A DNA stretch of 63,740 bases, taken from Lama glama. Lineage: Eukaryota. Shown here in pieces: positions 44,621-56,400 of this stretch. The translations under genes and the position numbers were made by a program. The stretch is taken from contig CM052816.1 of NCBI GenBank assembly GCA_028534125.1, forward strand, positions 63,490,001 through 63,553,740, in the 5' to 3' direction. The stretch's first letter is position 1. Every line of letters starts with the position of its first letter. Below the pieces are notes generated by a model, which did not search any database, had not been told where the DNA came from, and saw nothing but the letters and a program-made list of their open reading frames with translations.

Positions 44621-47600
44621 TATATGACCAAGCAGAACAGATAAAGCCACAAATAATTGATATGACTTCCCCAGTGCATGGTGGCTGAGTACTACCCCTG
44701 TATTTCTACCTTAATTACACTGACTGCCTCCCTTGGAGAAAAATTTCCTATAAACTTAGCTCCACGGAGCAAACCAGCAGAAATTTTATTAACATCTTAA
44801 AAAAGGGGAGCCACTCAAGTCTTTGTCTTTAAACAGTGAATCTGACTCTGATTCTTTTTTTTTAGGCCCCTATAATTCTTCAGGAGTCAAACTTTTGCCA
44901 TCTTTGCCTGCTCAGCTCCACCTATTCCTTACTATTTGTGATCCATTCCTGTTTCATGGTGATTTTGTTCTGGAGCTCAGCTATGCCTTTTTGAAGGTTT
45001 TCTCTTATATATCTGGGGCAGATGGATGTCAGTACATGAACTCTACTGTAGTATTTTGACCAGAAGCACTGATCCACCTATAAGTCATACGTCATACTGA
45101 CAGAAAATGGCAGTCAGATTTGAAAACTGTAAGTTCACACTATTACATAAAGTCAACATTGCTATATAAATTAATTATAACTATTACAGTTTCAAAACTA
45201 TGATTCTTTAAAACTTAAAAATGTAGAGACAGATTTAAAAGTTTCCAGCTTTATTTTAATTTATCTTTACAGTGCAGAAAATGTTATCTGTGGAGAGTGA
45301 AGTGAAAAAATAGTTGCAAAGAGTTTTGTAAAGTACAGGCAAATTCTGCAGGATGTCTCCCCAGCTATCTTCCCAGTAGAACATCTCTTGGTTTTTAATA
45401 CTCAAACTTCATAGAACTTATTTTTCAATGTAAGGTATTTTGGCCATTGTTTAAATAGGGAAAGATTTATATTTGTATATGCTAAAACTCAATTTGCACT
45501 TTAAACAACAGAGTACTGAGTTGCATTCCAAATTTAACTGATAGATGGTCAGAATCACAATTAAAAAGCATGCCAAATATCTAAGTGATACAAAACATAG
45601 GCATCATACTCATTGTGAGCTACTTTCTGATACTGTATACTTGTCCTGAATGTATTCCACAGCCTTCATATTTATTTAGTCCTTATTTTGCCAAGTGTTG
45701 AATGAGTCCCAAAATAATTAAGAAAATGCTGAAAGAAAATATTGGGGATGGGCAAAAAACAATCAGAATGAAAGAAAAAAGATTTTACTGCATATGAAAT
45801 GAATTTGTTATCCTTAGTTACTGTTTGTTAAACATGATAGTATTTTACTCTATGCAGGTGATCCTAGTGTCAGTTTCACATTTTGAAATTAGGGAGTTTC
45901 GGGCGATTAACATTGCAATTTTTTTTTAATTTAAAATATAGGCAAATAGGCTCCCTGTCAACATTTTCACACACAACATGTGATTTTTTAGGAACAGATT
46001 ACTGATCTTGGTGGTAGATGATTATATTGTTTAAAAACAGGATCCCTTTAGTTTCTGCTATTGAGAACAAATAGATTTAAAAAAAATCAGTCTATATTTG
46101 ACCATTTTCAACCTGAAAAATGGCAATTTCATATAGTTAAACCTAAAAAAACAGAAATTTCACCCCAAATTGAGATGTCAGGATAATTTATAATATCTAT
46201 CAAATCAAATACTATAAATACATAAAATATTTTGAAATCATAATCTGTATTTCAAAGCCATTTATGTTTAGTTCATTTTAAGAAATATCTTTACATCATG
46301 TTAAGCCTCAACTTTTTGTTATAGTGAAATCAAAGGGAAAATAGTTCAGATCTCAACCTTTAAAAATCTGTTAGTAAATACTAAGACAAATGATCTTTTA
46401 AAAAGAAAAAAATACCCACAAATAACTGCCGCAGTAAACAAAAATAACAAATATATAGATTCTGTATTTCAGGGCTTTCTAATCTTTAAAATTTAAGATG
46501 GTTACTTATGATTGCTATTGGGGCTACTTAAGACGCCATAAAATCTCATATATTTATTTAGCTGTCAAAAACAAGTCTTACATGTTGACAATCGCCTTTT
46601 GGTCCCTGAAAACAGAATCCTATTATATGTTTCCCAGTTCACAGCTGAAATTCACAGCAGCTGTGAGGCTAGGAAATGCCAGCAACCAATTAGGCTGGCA
46701 TAAACCTTGTCTAGCATATAAAGTATAATTTGGTTGCTAATGCAGAAGGCGAGAACCAAAATAAAACATCCAAGAATACTAATAAAATATCCTTACATGT
46801 ATTTTAAAGTCTGAATATTCAAAATGCTAACAAATACATGTATATAATGAAAAGAATATGGTTGTAGAACATAAGGAAAAAATATGAAAAAATGGCAATC
46901 AATTATTTTCATTCAGACTCATGCTGTTTTTAAAAAGGTTGCAGCTGTTTGCGACATACCTAGGATAACAAATTCCATGTTTTTTTTCCTATTTCTAATT
47001 ACCCTAATCAGAGTTGAGGTATACATGAGCATATATCGGACGAGCCTTCCTAAAATGTAAACATTTCTATCAGTTCCTCTTCAGCTGTTTCTATTAAATT
47101 TTCTTTTCATCTTTCTAACAACAGTAAGACCTAAGCAAAAATTTCAAAATTGAAACATGTAAGAATAACACAACTAAAATGATGAGTGAAAATAAAACTT
47201 GAATTATAAGATTATTTATAATGGTGATTTGCAAACCCTTAGAAGTTAACATCTCTGTTTAAAGTTTAAGTTTAAAAGCATGTCAGAGATCAATGCTTAA
47301 TAAATATATTAGCTAAAAATATTTAAATCTTTTTACACGCTTTGAAAAAAATAGTAGTTATTGATCATTCACATGCATATAGCCATGTAATGAAAACTAA
47401 TATAACAATCTAGCTTATATGTTAATAAATCAAAATATACAGTTCTCTAGGGTATCTATTCTTGATAAAACGTCTAGTAACCTCCTCAGTTTTCAATCAG
47501 AATACTATTGCATAATTTGAAAGGCTTCTTATGCACTTTTTTTTGCAAGCAGGGACTAAGAGGAAAAGCAAGTATAAATATCCATACTCAAATAAATATT

Positions 47601-50498
47601 ACTCTGAATTATAAAATATTGCACATTCAGAACAAGTTCTTGGGAGAATGATGTTGTTTCCAGAGGATAAAATACATATGCTTGCTTAATTCAAAGCAAC
47701 TGGTAAATAAATCTCTGAAAGAAGCACTTTATTCCGAAGTCACTTCCTACCGGAAGAGAATCCTGGTAAGTTTTCTTAAAACATACTGATCTCAAAACTT
47801 TTGCAACTTCGTATCACACAACTGATTAAAATCTGTCTTAAGTTTCTTATTATTTCTTAAATTTTATATAAAACATTGATTTCAGTAAAATAAATCAACT
47901 GTATACATTGTTATAAGAACCAGTGCCAGTGTAGAATGCAAATTTGAGTGCATCTTTCCAAGTAGAGTCATAGAAAACATGTTATGTTAATTAACTTTTG
48001 TTGTCTAAAGAGGTTTGTTTTGAAGCTATGTTTTAAAAGAGCTACAATTCCTTTCTTCAACTTATTAAAAGGACGCTCCTTTAGGAACATGGAGACATTC
48101 TAACGGGAAAATAAAGATTTCCAAAATGCTGCCTTAAAGTAGAAAGACTAAATATGACAATCAGAGGATGTTACTAAGAGCAATATTTAGAAAATGAAAA
48201 ACACACACACAGTAATATTCATACATTATTTCTTTTCTTGCCAACAACCTCAAAGCAGTTTATAATTTATTATTTATATTCTCTCCAAAAGTAAATGTCT
48301 ATCTGTTCCTAGATGCCAACGACCAGTAAATGAGGACAGAAAAGTATCTGGTGATTTGTTGGAGGTAATTATAGCAGATTCAGTAGAAGTCAAACTCCCA
48401 AACTCTGATATCCAGGTTTTGTTAGCTAATTGAAGCAATGATGAAAAGAATCCTTAATGAGGACTACGTAAGCGTCACACCTTCTTCAATAGCTTTGGTG
48501 GAACAAGGAGCCATTAGAGAAGGGCACAAATAATGCCTCAGCTGACACTGGTAACAGTGCTGTTGCTGTTTAGTAAATCTCTGGGGAATATGACTTTGCC
48601 AAACATAGAGACCTTTTTGTTTTGGTTTATCACATTTAAGATGTTACTGTTTATAACTAAATTAAAAAGTTCTAGCATTTCCTTTCTTAAGACTTTAAAC
48701 ACAAAACTGGAATTTTGACACTAGAAGAGAAAAACAGGAATGGTACAGCTAAGAATGTTCATAAAGAAAATACAACTTAAAAATGGGACAATGTCATTGA
48801 TATTGTAAACAAACTACAAATTCTCAAATTCTTACCTCATTTGTCCACTGTTTTGAAAAGGGATGTGAAAATTCAATACTGCTCAGTTTTTCTGGGCTGA
48901 CAGTGAAATTTCAGAACTTGCTGGGATTTTATAGAGATGACTGAACCACACTACACATTAACAATCTGGGTAACGTTATCATTTAGAAGGGCCCGTTGTA
49001 AATTATATTTGAGAATTTCTATCCTTATTTACCCACAAAGGTAATAAGAAAAATGTTATAAAAGGGCCATGATCCCATTAAAAAGTATTAAATCACTATA
49101 CTTTCCTGATACTACTCTGCATATTTGGGGCTGGGGAAAGAAAGTATTCAAGTATCCAAAGCCACTGGTAAAGGGAACATAAAAACTGAATATCTAAAAT
49201 CATCATACGTTATATAATTAGGATTCTAGTTGAAACAGTGAAAATGTAAACAAACCTTACAAAAGAGCATTAAAAAACTTCATAAAGTTTATTAACTAGC
49301 TAAAATTTAATAATTAAATCTCAAAACATTTTAATTAAAACGACATTTTTCTGGGTGACAGAACATCCAAAATATATCTTTATTCATTAGTTTAACAATA
49401 AAAGATTTGCTGTCTAGAATACCAGAGTTTGACAAGTGGTGGTGCTAAAATAACACGTTGCTGATAGTCCAAAGTTTTTTAGGACATGTGCTCCCAAAGG
49501 AAGCACTAATCCAAAGTTTTGAAGAACTGCTTTTCACAGACATTCTGCTGCATATATTGAGTAATGCTATCTAATTGCTCCCTGGCTTAAATTCTTATAT
49601 ACTCAAAAGGGAATTCCATGCCAATACAGCTGCACTATTCTGTGACCTTTTCATAGCGACATGTCGTTATCATCTTCGCTTGTACTTAAATACATCCTAA
49701 CAAGAGCTAGGGATATTTTGGAATGTTTTTCAACAGTTAACAGCAGTAACCCAGGCAATGTAGACTTATAGATATATTTTTTCCATCCTTCTATTTTCAA
49801 GCTTTCTATATTCATATGTTTTGGGCATGGTCTTATACATACACTTATTAACAAAATTTAAACATAACTCAGAAAGTTGCCAAAAACACTATAAAATATT
49901 CAGCCACCCCTATTAGTTTTTATCTACCTTCCTTTCACTAAGGAATTTAAGGCCTAAATTCAGGTGACTGAGTGTAATAAGTGTTTTGCAGATGTGCTAA
50001 CGTGAATACTAAGCAGACTGGAAACTTCAGAATCTTTCAGAAAAAAAACTCTCACGGATAAAAAGAGGCTGAGCAAACTGAATATTTTACTATGAGATGA
50101 CTGTACTGTAAAACACTTATAAGACAAACTTGCTACTGTCTATAGAAACAGCAGTATATGCCAACAGTAATAAGAAAAAGTACCTGGTATTGAAAACCTA
50201 GCCTGTCTACCTTTCCTATCTTCCAGGATAATGGGAAAGAAAAGCTTTTCTTAAAACCTTAAAGAATGTTATAAACACAATGTAAGTGATTTTCAAAAAC
50301 ACAAATCTCAAAAAAGTATTTTGTCACCAGAAAAGGTAGAATATGGGAAATGCCTATCCAAGCCAAATAATAATGATACATACATCTAAACATGAAAAAT
50401 AAAACTGCTACAGACAAAAATGGAATTTTAATGGAAAATGCTGAGTCTTTATTAAACCATTCATCATTAAAAATGAACTTTAAAATAGTCACATTCTT

Positions 50499-50587
50499 TT
50501 TTTTTTTTAATGGAGGTACTGGGTATTAAACCTAGGACCTCATGCATGCCAAGCACATGCTCTACCACTGAGCTATATACTCCACCC
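50499..50587 (-). mobile_element. Vic-1-like SINE with ~15-bp TSD
   Basis: T tail, GGAGGTACTGGGTATTAAACC...CTACCACTGAGCTATA; TSD AATAGTCACATTCTT / AATAATCACATTCTT. Confidence 0.88.
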
Positions 50588-50697
50588 TAATAATCACATT
50601 CTTAACTACAATACAAAATTCATTCCTTAATGCATTACTGTGTTGCTGTGGTCTTGAACAGCAGTCCAGATTCAGAGTACTTAACCCATAATTTCTT

Positions 50698-51067
50698 TGC
50701 TATGGATTAAACTGTGTTCCCCAACACTTGCCCCCCACCACCAAATTCCTATGTTGAAGTTCTAAACCCCAACTGCTTGAAGATACGGTCTTTGGAAGCT
50801 AATTAGGGCTAGATGAGGTCCTGAAGGTAGGGTCCTCATGATAGAATTTGTGACTTTGTGAAGGGGAAAAGGGAGATGTTCTCTCTCCACCATGTAAGGA
50901 CACACTGAGAAGATGGCCACCTGCAAGACAGGAAGAAAGCTCTTACCAGGAATCCAAACAGCCAGCACCTTGATCTTGCAGCCTCCAGAAAGATAAGAAA
51001 TAGATGTCTGTTGTTTAAGCCACTGGTCTATGGTATTTTGTTATAGCAGCCTGAGCAGACTAATATA
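50698..51067 (+). mobile_element. MaLR solo LTR (MLT1A-like)
   Basis: TGCTATGGA start; GAAGATGGCC...CACCTTGATCTTG...TTTAAGCCAC...TATGGTATTTTGTTATAGCAGCCTGAGCAGACTAATA end. Confidence 0.85.
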
Positions 51068-51559
51068 CCCTCTTTCAAATGGTTAAGAACATAATCAAGC
51101 AGTAAGAATATAAAGTAAGCCACATTCCCTGCCCCATGTGAAAATCTCAATCTTTGATTGTAATGTCACTACTTCTCCCAGGAATTTGTCATCACAAAAA
51201 ATCTCTGCTCCACTCTACCTATGGAAGCCTATGATGGTAGTGCCTCTGAGCCAGGGAAATTTCTACTTTCAATGCTTGGCCAATCTGGATTAAGAGACTA
51301 GACAATCACTCCCTCAAACCTTTGTAACGATAAGGTAAAATGTGAAATAGCAAATTTGGTTTGGCTAGAGCAAAACATACACAAAGAAGAGTCACAGAAA
51401 GCACATAAACAAATATCCAGTATGTGTGGTATTAAAATCCCATGGGACAGTGTGATTAGGAATAAAGGCCTAAATCGGCTCTTTGGAAAGGGGGTAATAA
51501 TGAAAAAAGGTTTGAAAAACTGATACAGATAGTATTTAAAGCAAAGAAAACAGGCGTGA

Positions 51560-52960
51560 TCACCAAGAAAATGAGGGTAGAAGTCCTGGTCTTCAATGCA
51601 CAGTCAGGGAGATGAGATACCAGCAAAGGATATTCAAGAAGTTGCCAGAGAAAAAGACAAAAATCAGAAGAGCAAAGTACTAAAAGTCAAGTGAAAAAGT
51701 TATTTTGAGGAAGAGAATGTGAATCAACTGCCAAATGCTATTAACAAATCAAGTAAAGGAAGATCAATGTCTAAAAGTAAAAGTGGGATCAAGAGTTTTT
51801 TTGTTTTTTGTTTTTCAGACAAGAGAAATAACAACATTCCAATATGCGGATGGAAATAATTCAGTAAAAAAGAAAATACTGATGTTACAGCACAAAGAGA
51901 GAACTGATGAAGTGGTAACTTTGGGCAGATGAAAGGGGATAGGATCCTCTGCACAAGTGGAGGAAACTGGCCTAAAATAGAAAGTTTATCCATGGCAAAA
52001 TAAGGAAGGCAGATGGCTAAGTAAGAAAGGCAGTTACAGGCACAGATACTGGTCGTTGGATAGAGTACCAGTACCCAAGTACTGGATATTGAACCTAGGA
52101 CCTCGTGCACGCCAAGAATACACTCTACCACTGAGCTATACTCCGCCCTAATAATCATATTCTTAACTACTATACAAAGTCTACCATGGTAGACTTGAAA
52201 AAGCGCTTTTCCGATTGCTCATATTTCTCAGTGATGAAATAGCAAGCAAGATCATCTACTGAGTGTGGGTGAGTAAATAAACACTAAGGATTTTATGACA
52301 AAAGTCAGCTAGGAAAGAGTGAATGGAGGTTTAAAACATATATAAGGGAGTGATCTGGGGTTTTGCCAATCAAGAGAGGGGGCAAGGGAGTTGAAGTTAT
52401 ATACATAAGGGAGTGCTTATAAGAAAGTAAATGAGGACATGAAGGGGAGAAAGGAATAATAAAAATAGTAGGATTATAAATCCTAGTGGGGTCAAAAGAT
52501 TAGTGGAGTCAGGATACTACAAGGAATATGCTAGAAAGACAGGATGGTGACCAACAACCGGGATGCTTGAAACTGAAATTATGAAGATGTCAGGATATAG
52601 TGAGCTAAGGCCAAGGGCAAGACCACTGAAAGGAAGGAAAGAAATTCAAAGAACTGAGAGATTACGGTACTAGAAGGATCATCTACATATGAACGATGCA
52701 ATTATCAAAAAAGATACGAATAGAGGAGTGAAAGAGGAGCAAAAGTCCTCAAGAAATTACGGAAGTTGGCAATGCCTATAATTTCTATCTTGGGAAACCA
52801 GGTATATGGTGCTTCCACTAACCAATATAAGGAATACAGGAAATATAGAAATGAGGAGATAAAGGCAACAAATTTCATTTTTGATGAGTTTAATTTGAAA
52901 TACCAGCAGGAAATCCATGTGGTAATATCTAGAAGGCAGATCTGAAACCAAGGAGAAAGA
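51560..52960 (-). mobile_element. Degenerate L2 fragments
   Basis: Purine-rich L2-like strand (TCAACTGCCAAATGCT, CAGGAAATCCATGTGGTAATATCTAGAAGGCAG). Confidence 0.55.
52079..52178 (-). repeat. Local ~100-bp duplicate of 50516-50617 (tailless SINE plus unique flank)
   Basis: Hand alignment: about 11 mismatches and one 2-nt gap; includes the non-SINE flank TAATAATCAYATTCTTAACTACWATACAAA. Confidence 0.9.
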
Positions 52961-53689
52961 TTAGGTCATTTAAAAAAGGTTTTTATTTAAAAAAAACTTA
53001 ACTCTTATGAAAATTAGCAAACATATAAATGACAAATACCTTTCATTCAGTTTAATTAATTTTAACACATAGCCAATCCTACTGTCACTCCTCCCACTAC
53101 CATGACTGGATTATTCTGAAGCAAATCCCAGACATGACATCAACTCAACCATATTTATTTACTTCAGTATGTATGGAGATAAAATTTTATGGGGTTTTCA
53201 CATTCTCTGTTTTTAAAAAGAAATCCCTTCCTATAAATTCATTTTTCTTTTTTTCTATGTTTTTGTATAGCTGGAAAGATTTTTAATAAATTGATCCACA
53301 TGCATTGATCTGTTTTAATATTAAAGATATGATCATGAAAGAAACCAAACCAAAACAAATCACCTTCACCACAGTTCAAGTTTAAATTCAGTTTCCCACA
53401 TGTATCTTTATGCTTGGTTTTGTGCTGTGCTTACTATGGTTCCTCTAAATCCCAGAGACATTGTATCACATATGCACACTTATACACATAATAGGCACCC
53501 TTCAACTCTGGTAACAAAGACAGCTGACTTCACTATTAGGATTCCAATATATTCCGAAGCCTTATTCATCTTGTATCAAAAAACCACAATGTCTGCTGAC
53601 AAATGCTAAATCAATCTGCTCTCTATGTTAAAAGGTCAAGAGTGAGTGTTAGGATCAAGGAAGAACATACGTAAATATTTTAGGTAATA

Positions 53690-54715
53690 AAGGTCATGGA
53701 AAAGACTACAGAAGTAAAAAAAAAAAACCCCATAAAAGTAGATTACATCTTGAACTAGACAATGGTTTCTTAGATATAACAAAAGCACAGCAACAAAAGC
53801 AAAGATAGATAAATTGGACTTAATCAAAATTAAGACTTGTACTTCAAAGGATACTACTCAAAAAAAGAAAACCCATGCAATGGTAGAAAATATCTGCAAA
53901 GCATACAAGAAAGAAAAGTAAGGGAACGCTATTCAGCATATTTATAGAACTTTTACAACTCAGTAATGAAAAGATAAATAGACTAATTTTTCAAATAGAC
54001 AAAGAATTTGAAGAGACATTTCTCTAAAGAAGATACACAAATGGCTAGTAAGTACATTCACACCTGTGAGAATAGCTATAATAAAAAAGACAGTAACAAA
54101 TTTTATTACGGATGTGGAGAAGCTGGAACCCTCAAATATTACATCACTGGAGAGAGTGTAAAATGGTATAATCATGGAAAACAGTATGACAGTTCCTCGA
54201 AAAGTTAAGCATAGAGTTACCACATAACTCAGCAATTCCACTCCTAGGTAGATATATACCCAAAAAACCAAAAAACGTATGCCTACATGGAAACTTGTAG
54301 ATGAATGCTACTCATAACAGCAAAAAAACTGCAAACAATCCAAATGTCTATCAATTGACAAATGGATAAGTAAAATGGAACATTACTCGTAGAAAAGAAC
54401 AGAATACTGAAACATGCTACAACATGGATAAACTGTGAGCATAGATTACGCTAAGTGAAAGAAGTTAGCCATTAAAGGTCACAGAGTGTACAATTCCACT
54501 TATATGTAATGTCCAGAACAGGCAAATCCATTGAAACAGAAAATTTATTAGTAGATGCCAGGGACTGGAGTGAAGAGAAAATGCAGACTGCTAATGAATG
54601 AGTTTCTTTTTGGGGAGATAAAAATGTTCTGAAATTAGACAGTCATAACAGTCACACAACTCTGGGAATATACTTAATATCACTGAATTGTACACTTTAA
54701 AAAAGTGAATTTTTC
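53690..54715 (+). mobile_element. L1MB-like ORF2 end and 3' UTR
   Basis: GACATTTCTCTAAAGAAGATACACAAATGGC...CAGCAATTCCACTCCTAGG...CACTGAATTGTACACTTTAAA. Confidence 0.8.
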
Positions 54716-54721
54716 CACCTG

Positions 54722-55224
54722 ATTTTTTTCTTTACTGAAATATATGTGACATATAACATTGTATTAGTTTCAAAGGTACAACAAAATAATCTGTATATAT
54801 TGTGAAATGATCACCACAATAAATTGACATCCATTACCACATACAGCTACAAATTTTTTCTTATGATGAGAACTTTTAAATCTACTGTCTTAACTTTCAA
54901 ATATACAATACAGTATTAACAACTGCGTTCATCAAGTTGTATACATCCTGTGACATTTTATTTTATATGTTTGTAACTTTTAACCCCCTTTCTCTCATTT
55001 TGCCATCCTCCCATGCCTGCTGCTTCTGGTAACTACCAATCTGTTCTCTGTACCTGAGTCTGGTTTTTTGTTTTGTTTTTAGATTTCACATATAAGTGAG
55101 ATCACGTAGTATTTGTTTTTCTCTGACTTACTTCAGTTAGCATAACACCCTCTGGGACCATCCATGTTGTCACAAGTGGCAAGATTTCATTCTTTTTAAT
55201 ACCTATATAATATTCCACTGCATG

Positions 55225-55261
<37 letters not shown>

Positions 55262-55720
55262 ACTCCATATCTTTATTCATCCATCCACTGATGGGCACTT
55301 ACATTGATTCCATGTCTTGGCTATTGTAAATTATGCAGCAATGAACATGAAGGTGCACATTTTCTTCTGACATAGGATTTTGTTTCCTTTGGATAAATAC
55401 CCAGAAGTGGAATTGCTAGATCATATGGTAGTTCTACTTTAAATTTTCTGAGGACCTTCCATACTGTTTTCCATAATAGCTGCACCAATGTACATTCCCA
55501 GCAACAATACACAAAGGTTCCCTTTTCTCTACATCCTCACCAACACATATTTCTTGACTTTCTGGTAAGAGCCATTCTAACAGGTGTGAGATATCACACT
55601 GTAGTTTTGATTTGCATTTCCCTAATAATTAGTGATGTTGAGCCATCTTTTCACATACTTGTTGGCCATCTGTATGTCATTTTGGAGAAAATGTCTATTG
55701 AGATTCTTGGCTCTTTTTTT
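54722..55720 (-). mobile_element. L1MA-like 3' portion, tail-to-tail with the preceding L1; contains (CA)n at ~55229-55258
   Basis: GATAAATACCCAGAAGTGGAATTGCTAGATCATATGG...TTTGATTTGCATTTCCCT; ORF 55321..55512 is L1 ORF2 C-terminal-like. Confidence 0.85.
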
Positions 55721-56400
55721 TTTTGCTTGAATTCTTTTTGTTTAAGATATTAACTTCTTATCTCTTTGTCTTCTAAATTTATAATTTATTTAACCATGTT
55801 ATGAGTTGGAAAAATCCCAATCTATTATTTAGTAAGTCTGTTAAGTTTATTAGATTAAAAACTGTAACATTCATATTCAAATTTTTAATAAAAAAATCAC
55901 TTTCTTCTTATAATCAGACACAATACATGACATCTTGTTTTTCTATATTGATTCTCACAACACTAGAGCTTAAATATTTTTCATTATATGTATGGATCTC
56001 ATAAACACTTTAAAAATTAAACCTGTTATCTTTTATGGGCCATTTAACTTCAGAAAAAAATAATCTATAGGCACAGTATCAACTTCATAATCCAAGCTAG
56101 CAAATTTTAAAAACGTATGTTGTACACTGTGTGGATAAGAGTATGAGGAATCAGGCAGTTTTGCAGATACAAAAGTAAATTCACAGACTCTTCATGGAAG
56201 CAAATTGGCAAGATCTATCAAAATTAAAAATAAACAATTTTCTGACCCAGAGATTCTACTACTAGGACTTTATCCTACAAATATAGTCATATACATAAAA
56301 AAAGATTCAAGTTCAAGATTATTCAGTACACTACTGACTGTATAGTAGCTACAGAATCAGCAAAATCTAAATTGTGGTATATTCAATCACTAATAAGCAG

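Noticed and set aside
48430..48550. ATGATGA ... CTGA pair resembling a box C/D snoRNA
   Set aside because: No terminal stem, no recognisable rRNA guide, antisense to the host gene, and no match to a SNORD I know.
51724..52158. 144-aa - strand ORF
   Set aside because: It is made of SINE and L2 sequence with no coding signature.
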